A DNA stretch of 64,000 nt from the NCBI GenBank assembly GCA_963701075.1, contig OY969559.1, positions 1,728,001 through 1,792,000 of the forward strand, read 5' to 3'. The notes beneath the pieces are model-generated. The model did no database searches, was not told where the DNA came from, and saw only the letters and a list, made by a program, of their open reading frames with translations. This document shows positions 20,997-31,963 of the stretch, in pieces. This DNA is from an uncultured Nitrososphaerota archaeon (GTDB lineage: Archaea; Thermoproteota; Nitrososphaeria; Nitrososphaerales; Nitrosopumilaceae). Every line of letters starts with the position of its first letter. The stretch's first letter is position 1. The position numbers and the translations under genes were made by a program.

Positions 20997-21959
20997 CTAG
21001 CGCTTATTTTCTGATTGCTTTTCATCAATTATTTTTCTTAAGAGTGCTATATGTTCAGTATTGGTGCCACAGCAGCCACCTATTATTCTGACTCGGTCAT
21101 ATTGAGACAGGAAATCTCTCATTACTTTGGCCATGTCTTGGGGCGTCATCTTGTAGACTGCTCTTCCTCCTTGGTTTTCCGGCATTCCGGCATTTGGCAC
21201 AACAAGTAGCGGTAGATCGTTTTGTTCATTTAGCCATTGTATGCTGGGGGTCATCTCAACAGGACCGGTGGAACAGTTGAGCCCAAATGCGCCTATTCCC
21301 ATATCAGATACTGTAGTATATGCTGCCTGAATATTTGTTCCAAGCAACATCTTGCCATACTTGTCTAGTGTCACATTTGCAATGATTGGAACTTTCTTTC
21401 CTGTCTTTTTCATTGCATCGTGACATGCCTCTATTGCCATCTTTACTTCCAAAATGTCTTGGCTTGTCTCAATTAGCAATGCGTCCACTCCACCCAAGAT
21501 GAGTCCCTCTGCTTGGATCTCAAATGCTTCCCTTATCTTTTCAAGTGGAATTTGTCCAAGTGACGGATCGTTTGAGCTTGGCAAAAATCCAGTCGGTCCC
21601 ATTGAACCAACTACATATCTTGGCCTATCAGAAAACTCTTTTGTGATATCAACTGCAAGCTCGGCAATTTTTTTGTTAAACTCTAATGTTTTATCTCCAT
21701 AACCATATTCCTCAAGCTTTAGCTTGTTTGAGCCAAAAGTGTTAGTCTCGATACAGTCTGCACCTGCCTTGAGATAATTTCTGTGTATATTTTTTATCCA
21801 TTCAGGTCTTGTAAAAGACAGGCCATCATTGAAGCCGTCCTTGCCGTCTGGAAAATCTTCTGGGACAGGATTTAATTTTTGAATCTCAGTTCCCATGGCT
21901 CCATCAAAGAGCACTATCTTTTGCTTCATCAATTCAACTAGAGGAATTTTTGCTGTCAA
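20997..21959 (-). CDS. methionine synthase homocysteine-binding subunit
   Basis: DGAMGTE, GLNCSTGP, GGCCGT motifs. Confidence 0.9.
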   Translation of the reverse strand: MTAKIPLVELMKQKIVLFDGAMGTEIQKLNPVPEDFPDGKDGFNDGLSFTRPEWIKNIHRNYLKAGADCIETNTFGSNKLKLEEYGYGDKTLEFNKKIAELAVDITKEFSDRPRYVVGSMGPTGFLPSSNDPSLGQIPLEKIREAFEIQAEGLILGGVDALLIETSQDILEVKMAIEACHDAMKKTGKKVPIIANVTLDKYGKMLLGTNIQAAYTTVSDMGIGAFGLNCSTGPVEMTPSIQWLNEQNDLPLLVVPNAGMPENQGGRAVYKMTPQDMAKVMRDFLSQYDRVRIIGGCCGTNTEHIALLRKIIDEKQSENKR

Positions 21960-22058
21960 CAGTAAGTGATGCTGTGTTTCAATGTATTAATTTTCTTTTG
22001 TTTTGTCACCTGTTAACTGCCTTCAAAGGTTATAATCAAGTAGCCGTGACACTCTTTT

Positions 22059-22811
22059 ATGACGATAATTTACGAGTTAAACCCGCCAAAGGTAATACAG
22101 GGCAAGATACTTTCTCACAGCGAGTTACAAGAATCTGTTGACAAGTTCAAATCAAAATCAGTTGAGATAGGAAAGGTCTGCGATAGCATACATGTGACAG
22201 ATTCTGTCCTTGGCATCCCAAGGATATCCCCTATAACGGCAGGATTTTTCATAAAAAATTCCAATGGCAAGATAAAGATCTCTGCAAGCGTTAGAGTACG
22301 AGACAGAAACTATACCTCCATCACACAAACCGTCTGCGATGCAATACTCTTGAACCTGAACGGTGTACTGATGGTCAAGGGAGACCCGCCACCCACAGGC
22401 CCAAAAGATTCCAGGCTTGTCCCAAGTGAAGTTGTAAAACAATTCAATGAGCAGGGTTTTGGAGAAAAAATTGACCTTTATCTCTCAATCTCAGGCAATC
22501 CCAACTTTGACAAGATTCACAAAAAAATAGAGGCTCAGCCAAAGGGGTTTGTCACACAGGTCATAAGTTCCATTGATCAGGTAACAAGAATAGTGGACAA
22601 GCTAAAGCCGCAAGGATTTAGGATAATACCATGTGTACTGCTCGCGTCAGAGCTTAACCAAAAATCTGCACAGATGCTCAACCTTGACTGGTCAGGATAC
22701 AGTAAAGACACGGCAGGATTTGTAAAAGAGGTTCACAAAATTGCAGGCGATGTGCTTTTGAGCTCTCCAAATGATTTCAAGGGAGCGCTTGAAGTGCTAA
22801 ACAAGATTTAA
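22059..22811 (+). CDS. methylenetetrahydrofolate reductase-like protein
   Basis: YELNPPK, VRDRN, KGDPP, FVTQ motifs; divergent from metH genes. Confidence 0.75.
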   Translation: MTIIYELNPPKVIQGKILSHSELQESVDKFKSKSVEIGKVCDSIHVTDSVLGIPRISPITAGFFIKNSNGKIKISASVRVRDRNYTSITQTVCDAILLNLNGVLMVKGDPPPTGPKDSRLVPSEVVKQFNEQGFGEKIDLYLSISGNPNFDKIHKKIEAQPKGFVTQVISSIDQVTRIVDKLKPQGFRIIPCVLLASELNQKSAQMLNLDWSGYSKDTAGFVKEVHKIAGDVLLSSPNDFKGALEVLNKI

Positions 22812-23163
22812 GAAAAAACTATTGCTAAAATGTATTAATCTTGCCTTGAGCTCTTTTAATCTCACAAGACCGACAAGATCTGCAAAAGAAGCAGAAAATT
22901 GCCATTGCTAAGACATGTGTTCAAAGTCTAGGCCGATTTCTGCATAAGATTGGTTAGTTGCCGTTTCTTTTTCTAGTTCTTGCACCTTTTTTGCCTGCTG
23001 CTACATAAGATGCATGTGATCGTTTTTTCATACTGAAATTAGGGGGAACAGAGTCATTATAGGGAGATAGTCACCATTAGTTGCTTTGTTAATAGAGTTT
23101 TTTAAACTGGAAAGAGATGATGCAAGAAAAAGAAAAACTTCATTATGGATTTTTTTTATGAAG

Positions 23164-24249
23164 TCAACCTGCTGAGGGCATAGTAGTTTCTGGTATGGTG
23201 GGCAATTTCTTTTCTTCAAGAACCTGATTTAGTATACTAAGATCAAAAATGTTGCCAAGGTCTGGTTTTTCGTTGCCTAAAAATCCCAAGTCATAGGCAG
23301 CATTGGCAGACTGATAAAGTGAACTTTCCACCGGATCGTATGTAATATCCATCCTTGAAAAGGCCTCATCTAGCTCATCAACAGGAAATGTCTTTCCAGT
23401 CAGGTTTCCTCACTGCTCGTTGAATATTGTAATTGCTTGGTCTTTGTTGCTGTTAATCCACAAGGTCTCATTTACGTGAGCTTCCAGTAGTTTTTTTATA
23501 ATATCAGGATGGTTTTGCAGATAGTCGGTTCTTGCAACAATCAGTGCAGTTGCAAATTTCCCGTTTGGCCACAAGTCTCTCTCATCGACAAGAATCTTGC
23601 CATTGGCTTCGTGCTCCAATTTGGTTCCCCATGGTTCTGGCACCCATGCACCATCAATGTTGTTTTTTAGCATCATGGCAAAAACATCGGCATTGTCTGC
23701 ATTTATGATCTGCACATTTCCCCCATTGTCTGACGTCTTGTATCCATTTTTGAGCAAAAATGATCGTAGCGCAACATCTTGTGTGTTTCCAAGTTGTGGT
23801 GACGCAAATTTTTTCCCTCCTAGATCAGCAGTAGAGTTTATTCCATCATCGTTTCTTACCACAAAGACGACTCCTCCGCTTGCCGCACCTGCAATTATTC
23901 GAAGCCCCTGGCCGTCTGACTTTATGTATCCATTGATGGCAGGATTTGGTCCAACATATGCAACATCAATCCTGTTTGCAAAGAGCGCTTCTATTGCAGA
24001 AGGACCTGAATTGAAGACCTGGGTCTGCACCTGTACTCCTGCAAGCTCCTTTTGATAGTCCCCATCTCCTAGCCCTATTACTGCCTGCGCGTGACTGATG
24101 TTTGGAAAGTATCCAATTCTTAGGATATTAGTTGAAGAGTTTGTTGCCATGTGATGAGTTTCACTAGTTTCCGGTATTGAGATAAAGCTCACAGCAATTA
24201 CAGCTGCAACTATTGCACCTGCGATTCCAAACTTTACCATTGGATTCAT
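23164..24249 (-). CDS. SsuA/TauA-type ABC substrate-binding protein (frameshift near 23405)
   Basis: LRIGYFPNISHAQA, YVGPNPAIN, PQLGNTQDVALR, WVPEPW; C-terminus in ORF 23164..23352. Confidence 0.85.
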
Positions 24250-24306
24250 AGGATAAGCGACCTCAAAGAAATTCCAATATGACCGAGTTCAGATATGAAA
24301 GTCATT

Positions 24307-25107
24307 TCAACGGTGATTGTCAAGTCCCCACTTTCTTCGTATCTTTTCTTCAATCGTGTTTAACAAAAATCTGTCAATTATCAAGCCTATGGTAAATATT
24401 GTAATCATGCTGGCAATTACTTCACTCATATCCAAAAAGTCCCTGCCTACTGAAAGAATGTGCCCTAACCCTACAATTGACATGAGTATTTCTGCTCCAA
24501 TTATTGCGTGCCACGCAAATGACCACCCCTGTCTTAATCCAATTATCAGAGATGGTGTAGCTGCAGGTATTGTGACATGTCTGAACAAGCCAAATCCCTT
24601 TGCACCCATGTTTTTTGCAGCATCAATATAGATTGGAGGTATGTTTCTGATGCTGCTATAAGTCGATATCATTACGGAAAAAATTGAGCTCATTATTACC
24701 ACAAACAGGATGCCAAAATCGTTAAAGCCTATCAACAGGATCGAGAATGGCACCCATGCAATGCTTGGAAACGCCAAGAGCCCTGCTGAGAAGGAACTCA
24801 GTGTTCTGCCAAATCCCTTGAATCTTATCATTGCAAATCCTATGAACGTGCCAAGAATTATCGAGATTGAAAATCCTGCAACAAGTCTTCCCATTGTTAC
24901 TGCAATACTGATTGGCAAAGACATGTTCAGTATTAGCTTGGCAAACGAGCCTGCAACCATGATAGGAGACGGCAGAGAGATCTTGGGAAATATTCCTAGT
25001 ACAAATACAAGCTGCCACACACCAACAAAGATTGCCAAAAGCAGAACTGCGTTTCCGGCATCATGCAAACTTTGCAGTTTTTTTTCAGAGATTGCTTTTT
25101 CACTCAT
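24307..25107 (-). CDS. ABC permease (SsuC/TauC type)
   Basis: DAAKNMGA EAA loop; TM segments. Confidence 0.88.
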   Translation of the reverse strand: MSEKAISEKKLQSLHDAGNAVLLLAIFVGVWQLVFVLGIFPKISLPSPIMVAGSFAKLILNMSLPISIAVTMGRLVAGFSISIILGTFIGFAMIRFKGFGRTLSSFSAGLLAFPSIAWVPFSILLIGFNDFGILFVVIMSSIFSVMISTYSSIRNIPPIYIDAAKNMGAKGFGLFRHVTIPAATPSLIIGLRQGWSFAWHAIIGAEILMSIVGLGHILSVGRDFLDMSEVIASMITIFTIGLIIDRFLLNTIEEKIRRKWGLDNHR

Positions 25108-25880
25108 GGGTTCTCATCTTTTATTTGCGCAATCACTTCATTTTTGAGCTCTTCTACTATCTGATGATAATATTTTTGTAGATTTTCATCTTCCATGAGC
25201 CGGGGTCTGCGGTAATCAATTGTAATCTCTTTTTTTATTTTCGAGGGCCTGTTTTTGAAAACAATTACACGGTTTCCCAGTATAACAGACTCTGAAATGT
25301 TATGGGTCACAAAAATAATTGTCTTTTTTGTCTTCTCCCAAATGAGCTGAAGCTCTACAAGCAACAAGTCGCGAGTCTGAGAATCAAGAGCAGCAAACGG
25401 CTCATCCATCAGCAAAATTTCCGGGTCCATTGCAAGTGCTCTTGCAATTGCAACTCTTTGCTTCATTCCAGTTGATAGTTGGTATGTATACGAGTCTGCA
25501 AACTTTGTTAGCTGCATCATGTCCAAGTATCGCTGAGATATCTGTCTGCGCTCATCTTTTGGGATGCCTGCCATCTTTAGTCCAAACTCTACGTTATCAA
25601 TCACCTTGAGCCATGGAAAGAGTGCACCTTCTTGGAATACCATGGTCCTGTCAGGACCTGGAGTAGAGATTGGAATTCCATTGAGCAGGATCTCCCCCGA
25701 GTCTGGCTTTTCCAGGCCAGCTACAATATTTAGAAACGTAGACTTGCCACATCCGGAAGGGCCCACTATACATACAAAGTCTCCTTCCTGCACATCCAAG
25801 TTTATCCCACCTAGGGCAATCACAGAAGTACCGTTATGATCAAAGTGCTTTACAATATTTTTTGCCTGAAGTTTTGTCAT
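25104..25880 (-). CDS. ABC ATP-binding protein (SsuB/TauB type)
   Basis: GPSGCGKS, LSTGMKQR, LLMDEPFAALD. Confidence 0.92.
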   Translation of the reverse strand: MTKLQAKNIVKHFDHNGTSVIALGGINLDVQEGDFVCIVGPSGCGKSTFLNIVAGLEKPDSGEILLNGIPISTPGPDRTMVFQEGALFPWLKVIDNVEFGLKMAGIPKDERRQISQRYLDMMQLTKFADSYTYQLSTGMKQRVAIARALAMDPEILLMDEPFAALDSQTRDLLLVELQLIWEKTKKTIIFVTHNISESVILGNRVIVFKNRPSKIKKEITIDYRRPRLMEDENLQKYYHQIVEELKNEVIAQIKDENP

Positions 25881-26120
25881 TTGTTATAACCTCCCCTCCA
25901 ATCTTTGCGATACCAGACGCTGTAAGGTGCCCGCAAAGGGGTAATTTTCATATAACAGCGTTATAATATTGCGGTTAAATAGTGTTCGAATTTTAGCTTG
26001 GACTAATTTGGTTTGTCTCATGAATTAGAAAAATAATTTACAACTTTTTGCCAAGATAAAACAAGACCGGATTGAGGATCATAAAAGATAAATGCTAAAA
26101 TCTGATCACAGAAAACCTCA

Positions 26121-27308
26121 ATGAAAGGAAAAGCGGTTTTAGCTTTCTCTGGCGGATTGGACACATCCGTCGTCGTAAAATATCTACAAGAAAAACACGG
26201 GCTAGATGTTGTTACCATTACAGTTGATGTCGGACAAGGCGACGATCTAAAAAAGATTGCAGCCAAGGCAAAAAAACTTGGAGTGATAAGACACTATAAC
26301 ATTGATGCAAGAAGCGAATTTGTAAATGACTTTATTTTACCAGCAATCAAGGCAAACGCGCTATATCAAAAAAAGTATTGTCTTGCAACTGCGCTTGCAC
26401 GACCACTCATTGCACAAAAAGTTGTAGAGATTGCCAAAAAAGAAAATGCATCTGCTCTGGCTCATGGATGCACTGGAAAAGGAAACGACCAGGTGCGATT
26501 TGATGTCACCATGCGATCAGGCTCTACTCTGCCAATCATAGCTCCCATCAGAGATCTCAACCTTACTCGCGATATAGAATTAAAATTTGCAAAAAAGCAC
26601 GGAATACAGATTGATACTGCAGCAAAAAGGTTCAGCATAGACCAAAACTTGTGGGGACGCGCAATTGAGGGCGGAGATTTGGAAGATGCATATGCAGAGC
26701 CACCAGATGACGCATTCATCTGGGTCAAGACAAAGAACATGCCAGACAAACCACAGTACCTGGAAGTCAAGTTCAGCCAGGGAGTGCCGGTTGCAGTAGA
26801 TGGCAAAAGCCTAAAACCAATTGAATTGATCGAGTACGTCAACAAAAAGGCCGGAGCATCAGGTGTTGGCATAGTGGATCATATCGAAGACAGAGTTGTT
26901 GGAATAAAATCTCGTGAAGTATATGAAACTCCGGCTGCTTTATGCCTAATTGAGGCGCATACAGATCTAGAAAAAATGGTTCTCACAAAACACGAATTAA
27001 AATTCAAAGCAATGGTTGATTCTGAATGGTCATGGTTGGCATATTCTGGACTCTGGCAAGATCCTCTCAAAGTAGATTTAGATATGTTTATCAATGCGTC
27101 ACAAAAAAGGGTTAGCGGAACTGTAAAGCTCAAAATGTTCAAAGGAAGTCTTAGAGTTGTTGGGAGAAAATCAGATTATTCATTGTATAGTCATGACTTG
27201 GCAACATATGGTTCAGGTTCCACTTTTGACCAGACTCTTGCAAAAGGGTTTGTAGAATTGTGGGGACTACAATCAACAGAAGCTAATAAATTACTAAAAA
27301 AGAGGTGA
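26121..27308 (+). CDS. argG: argininosuccinate synthase
   Basis: AFSGGLDTS, HGCTGKGNDQVRF. Confidence 0.95.
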   Translation: MKGKAVLAFSGGLDTSVVVKYLQEKHGLDVVTITVDVGQGDDLKKIAAKAKKLGVIRHYNIDARSEFVNDFILPAIKANALYQKKYCLATALARPLIAQKVVEIAKKENASALAHGCTGKGNDQVRFDVTMRSGSTLPIIAPIRDLNLTRDIELKFAKKHGIQIDTAAKRFSIDQNLWGRAIEGGDLEDAYAEPPDDAFIWVKTKNMPDKPQYLEVKFSQGVPVAVDGKSLKPIELIEYVNKKAGASGVGIVDHIEDRVVGIKSREVYETPAALCLIEAHTDLEKMVLTKHELKFKAMVDSEWSWLAYSGLWQDPLKVDLDMFINASQKRVSGTVKLKMFKGSLRVVGRKSDYSLYSHDLATYGSGSTFDQTLAKGFVELWGLQSTEANKLLKKR

Positions 27309-27487
27309 ATGATCAAAGAATGAATTGCCCAGAATGTGATGCAAATTTAAAAATTCCAGACGACGCAAGTGTTGGAGAAATAGTATCTTGTCCTGATTGC
27401 GGTGCAGATTTCGAGATTGCTTCAAAGAACGGTAGCGTGTGCGAACTAAAGCATGCTGAAAAAGTCGGCGAAGATTGGGGAGAGTAA
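27305..27487 (+). CDS. lysW: LysW/ArgW amino-group carrier protein (ends EDWGE)
   Basis: CPEC/CPDC zinc ribbon and C-terminal EDWGE. Confidence 0.92.
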   Translation: MNDQRMNCPECDANLKIPDDASVGEIVSCPDCGADFEIASKNGSVCELKHAEKVGEDWGE

Positions 27488-28345
27488 ATGCCCAAGGTCC
27501 GTATCGTGTTCGATAGAGTAAGGCTAGAGGAAAAAATGCTAGAGGAAAAAGCAATCGAGCTTGGATATGATACAAAAATGATTGATGCAAAGATAACAAA
27601 TGTCAGTACAGAAAGCAAGAAAACCGATTTTGATTTTGGCGACGTAGTACTAGAAAGATGTGTCAGTTATTTTCGAGGCCTGCATTTTACAGCATGTCTA
27701 GAGTTTCTTGATGTTCCAGTATTCAACAGGTTAGAGGTTGCCAACAATTGTGGAAACAAGATGTTGACATCGCTTTTGTTAAAAAAACACAATGTTCCCA
27801 CTCCCAAGACCTACTTTTCATTTTCATCAGAATCTGCAGCAGAGATACTTGACAAGCATGGATATCCACTTGTCATAAAACCAATCATAGGAAGTTGGGG
27901 AAGGGGTGTCATACTGCTAAAGGACAAAGAGACAGCTGATGCCATTTTTGAGGTAAGAGAGCTAACCGATGGTCCACTTGACAGGATATTTTATCTGCAA
28001 GAGGCAATAAAGAGGCCCCCAAGAGACATACGCGCAATTGCTGTCGGAGATCAGGTAGTAGCGGCAATGTACCGAACCTCAACTGGAGGATTTAAGACAA
28101 ACATTGCTCTTGGCGCAGAGCCTGTGCCTTGTGAGATAACCAAAGAACTTGAAGATGTTTGCATGAAAGCATCAAAAGCAGTAGGTGGAGGAATTCTTGG
28201 AATTGACGTAATGGAAGATGAAAAAAGAGGATTTGTGGTTCACGAAGTCAACAACACTGTAGAGTTTAAGGGACTGGCAAAGGTTGCAAAACGCAACATC
28301 CCAAAAGAAATGATAGAGTATGCAGTTAATTCAGCTCTCAGATAA
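27488..28345 (+). CDS. LysX/ArgX ATP-grasp ligase (probably ArgX)
   Basis: KPIIGSWGR, HEVNNTVEFKG; follows lysW. Confidence 0.88.
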   Translation: MPKVRIVFDRVRLEEKMLEEKAIELGYDTKMIDAKITNVSTESKKTDFDFGDVVLERCVSYFRGLHFTACLEFLDVPVFNRLEVANNCGNKMLTSLLLKKHNVPTPKTYFSFSSESAAEILDKHGYPLVIKPIIGSWGRGVILLKDKETADAIFEVRELTDGPLDRIFYLQEAIKRPPRDIRAIAVGDQVVAAMYRTSTGGFKTNIALGAEPVPCEITKELEDVCMKASKAVGGGILGIDVMEDEKRGFVVHEVNNTVEFKGLAKVAKRNIPKEMIEYAVNSALR

Positions 28346-28404
28346 AATAGAATTTAGAAAATTTTAGAGTTTAAATTATACCATGTTATGCTAGGAGATC
28401 ACTT

Positions 28405-29458
28405 ATGAGAATAGGGGTAATAGGGGCATCAGGATATGTTGGAGGAGAGATCCTAAGGTTACTTGTTAGTCACCCAAAGGTTGAGATCACAACAGTCACT
28501 TCAAGACAGCATGTTGGCGAATACATCTCAAGGGTCCAGCCAAGCCTCAAGGGATTCACTGATCTAACTTTTTCAGAACTAAATTATGACAAGTTGTCAG
28601 ACAAGTGCGACTTGGTATTTACTTCGGTACCACATGGTACGGCAGTTGAGATTGTAAAAGAGTTGTATGACAGAGGAATGAAAGTAATTGATCTGAGTGC
28701 AGACTATAGGTTGCACAATGCCCCAGACTATGACAAGTGGTATGGTTGGAACCATCCACACCCAGACTATCTTCCAAAGTCAGTATTTGGAGTTCCAGAA
28801 CTTCACAGAGAAGAGATCAAAAAGGCACAGCTGGTATCATGTCCTGGGTGCATGGCAGTTACGTCAATTCTTGCATTGTACCCACTAGTAAAGAAAGGAA
28901 TCATAGATACAGAGCATATCATAGTGGATTCCAAGATTGGATCTTCAGGAGCAGGAGCAGGTTCTGAGGCAGGAACTCACCATGCAATGAGGTCTGGTGT
29001 TGTCAGACCATACAAGCCAGCAAAGCACAGACATACGGGCGAGATTGAGCAAGAGCTGAAGTCAAGCAGCTGGAATGAAGATCAAGATATCAATGAGTCC
29101 ACATGCAGTAGACATTGTAAGAGGAATTTTGTGCACAAACCACACATTTCTCACAAAACCAGTAACAGAGATGGACATTTGGAAGATATACCGTGAGCAA
29201 TATCAAAATGAGAGATTCATCAGGCTAATTCGCGACAAGAAAGGATTCTACAAGTTTCCTGATCCAAAGTTTGTGGTAGGCTCAAACTTTTGCGATGTAG
29301 GGTTTGACATTGATGAAGACAACAACAGGCTAGTGGTATTATCAGCATCAGACAACCTAATGAAGGGTGCAGCAGGTTCTGCCATACAAAACATGAATGT
29401 AATGTCAGGATTCAACGAGATGGATGGCCTGGCATATTCTCCGCTAACTCCTGTGTAA
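28405..29458 (+). CDS. argC: LysY/ArgC phosphate reductase (frameshift near 29060)
   Basis: GASGYVG, DLSADYRL, SCPGC, DNLMKGAAG across two ORFs. Confidence 0.88.
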
Positions 29459-29462
29459 AAAT

Positions 29463-30263
29463 ATGATTACAATAAAAATAGGAGGAAGCGTGGTAGATGG
29501 TCTTCATCCTTCCACGATATCAGACTTGAAAAAAGTTTCAGAGCAGGAAAAAGTAATTCTTGTCCATGGCGGAGGAAAAGAAGTAACAAGGATTTCAGAA
29601 GCTCTTGGCAAAGAACAAAAATTCATAGTCTCACCTGGAGGCATCAAGAGCAGATACACTGACAAGGAGACTGCAGAAATTTTCACCATGGTAATGTCAG
29701 GAAAGATAAACAAGATGATTGTAGGAATGCTGCAAAAAAATGGAATCAATGCAGTGGGCCTTTCAGGCATTGATGGCAAGATAATCCAGGCGGAGAGAAA
29801 AAAGAAACTAATCGTCATGAATGAAAAAGGAAGAAAGATGGTAATTGATGGTGGATACACTGGAAAGATACGGGAGATCAACACTGGCCTCATCAAGGTA
29901 ATTTTGGACCAAGGATATGTCCCTGTAATCTCACCTATTGCCATAAGCGAAGAGTTTGACTTTCTAAACGTTGACGGTGACAGGGCAGCAGCATATGTTG
30001 CAGGCAAGATGCAGTCAGACAAGATTTTGTTTCTCACTAATGTTGATGGCCTCTTGATGGATGACAAGCTAGTAACGAAACTATCGCTTGCCGAAGCCAA
30101 GGCCATGCTTCCAAAGATAGGATTTGGTATGGAAAAGAAGATACTAGCTGCTACAGAAGCAATCGAGATGGGTGTAAAGCAGGCACTAGTTGCAAGCGGT
30201 CAGAGGGAAAACCCAATATCAAGAGCCATAGCTAACGACAACTGTACGGTGATATCAAAATGA
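29463..30263 (+). CDS. lysZ: LysZ/ArgB kinase
   Basis: IKIGGS, VHGGG, LNVDGDRAA. Confidence 0.88.
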   Translation: MITIKIGGSVVDGLHPSTISDLKKVSEQEKVILVHGGGKEVTRISEALGKEQKFIVSPGGIKSRYTDKETAEIFTMVMSGKINKMIVGMLQKNGINAVGLSGIDGKIIQAERKKKLIVMNEKGRKMVIDGGYTGKIREINTGLIKVILDQGYVPVISPIAISEEFDFLNVDGDRAAAYVAGKMQSDKILFLTNVDGLLMDDKLVTKLSLAEAKAMLPKIGFGMEKKILAATEAIEMGVKQALVASGQRENPISRAIANDNCTVISK

Positions 30264-31435
30264 CAGAAGATCAATTCATGGGAAACATTTACCAGAGGTT
30301 TCCTGTAACAATAGAGCGAGGACTTGGGGCCCATGTATGGGACCTGGACGGAAAAGAGTACATCGATTGCATGGGAGGATATGGTGTTGCACTTGTCGGC
30401 CACTGCAATCCTCGCGTAGTAAAGGCGCTAAAGGCACAGCTTGACAAAATAATTACTGTTCACAGTTCACTTTACAACAAGACACGAGAAGAGTTTCTTG
30501 AAAAACTCATCAAGATTTCACCGCCAAGTCTTAGTCAGGTATATCTTAACAACAGTGGCACAGAGGCAATAGAAGCTGCAATAAAATTTGCTCGCAAGTT
30601 CACAGGCAAAAAAGGAATGATTGCAATGAATGGCTCTTACCACGGCAAGTCATTTGGCTCACTATCAATTACATTTAATCCAAAATACCGCAAGGCCTTT
30701 GAGCCACTCCTAAGTAACGTTTCCTTTACACCATTTGGCGATATAGAGGCGCTAAAATCTGCAATAACTCCTGACACTGGATTTATCATACTAGAGCCAA
30801 TCCAGGGAGAGAGTGGAATTCATGTGGTACCAGATGGTTTTCTGCAAGAAGTAAGAAAGATTTGCAATGAGCGAGGAATTGTTTTGATATTTGACGAGAT
30901 CCAATCAGGCCTTGGAAGGACTGGCAAGATGTGGGCAAGCCAGCACTGGGATACAGCACCTGATATAATGTGCCTTGCAAAGGGAATTGCAGGAGGCGTG
31001 CCAATGGGTGCAACTCTTGTAAGACCAGACATTCTTGCATGCATTGGAAAAGGCGAACAGTCATCAACATTTGGCGGCAACCCGCTTTCATGTGCTGCAG
31101 GGATTGCTGCAATTGATGCCTTGACAGAAGATGGGTTGGTTGAAAACGCTACCAAGATGGGAAAAGTCTTCCGCGAAGGACTGGAAAGACTAAAAGAAAA
31201 ACACAAAATAATTCGCGAAATACGAGGCAAGGGACTCATGATTGGAGTCGAGATGAAGTTTGAAGTAAAAGACATCCTGTTTGATGGAATTGCAAATAAT
31301 TTGCTGCTGCTTTATTCCGGAAAAAACATACTAAGGCTGTTGCCTCCTCTTGTGATTTCAGAGTCTGACATAAACAAAGCTTTAGAAACTCTTGATCTCA
31401 TACTAACAAAAGAGGTACAAAGAAGAAATGTCTAG
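30260..31435 (+). CDS. lysJ: LysJ/ArgD class III aminotransferase
   Basis: EPIQGESG, DEIQSGLGRTG, AKGIAGG. Confidence 0.88.
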   Translation: MTEDQFMGNIYQRFPVTIERGLGAHVWDLDGKEYIDCMGGYGVALVGHCNPRVVKALKAQLDKIITVHSSLYNKTREEFLEKLIKISPPSLSQVYLNNSGTEAIEAAIKFARKFTGKKGMIAMNGSYHGKSFGSLSITFNPKYRKAFEPLLSNVSFTPFGDIEALKSAITPDTGFIILEPIQGESGIHVVPDGFLQEVRKICNERGIVLIFDEIQSGLGRTGKMWASQHWDTAPDIMCLAKGIAGGVPMGATLVRPDILACIGKGEQSSTFGGNPLSCAAGIAAIDALTEDGLVENATKMGKVFREGLERLKEKHKIIREIRGKGLMIGVEMKFEVKDILFDGIANNLLLLYSGKNILRLLPPLVISESDINKALETLDLILTKEVQRRNV

Positions 31436-31847
31436 AGACAAGATAGACGAGACAATAATTGAGATGCTAAAGAAGGACTCTAGACAATCTTTTGTAGAGA
31501 TTGGCGAAAAGCTTGGGCTCTCAGAATCCGCGGTTAGAAGAAGAGTGAAAAACCTACTTGACGGTGGTACGATAAAAAAATTCACAATAGAGACTGGCGA
31601 TAGCAATTCAACTAGCGCAATAATTCTGATATCTGTTGATTCTTCAACTGATACGTCAAAGGTTTCAGCACGACTCTCAAAACTTCAAGGAGTTCATACA
31701 GTCTACGAGATAACTGGCCAGTACGATATTGCCACAGTCATAAGGGCGCCTAACATCACAGAGATCAATGCATGCATAGATGCACTGCGTAAGGTTCCCG
31801 GTGTTTTTGACACAAATACTGTCATTATACTGAGAACCGTATCATAA
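31428..31847 (+). CDS. lysM: Lrp/AsnC regulator LysM
   Basis: HTH LGLSESAVRRRV and YEITGQYD, inside the lys/arg cluster. Confidence 0.8.
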   Translation: MSRDKIDETIIEMLKKDSRQSFVEIGEKLGLSESAVRRRVKNLLDGGTIKKFTIETGDSNSTSAIILISVDSSTDTSKVSARLSKLQGVHTVYEITGQYDIATVIRAPNITEINACIDALRKVPGVFDTNTVIILRTVS

Positions 31848-31963
31848 AACGAAGTTCGGCTCTAAATTTGAATCATTAACGAAAACCGTTGCAAAAGCTA
31901 CAAAACTAGCCGAAATCTGTACGAATATACTTATATTTCCAAAATTTTGATACTAGATCAGTA

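Noticed and set aside
18463-21959. Split methionine synthase as an error or novelty
   Set aside because: The split falls at a domain boundary with proper stop and start; split MetH is known.
22812-23160. Possible degraded gene remnant on the minus strand
   Set aside because: Fragments look coding-like but contain stops, and I cannot assign a family with confidence.
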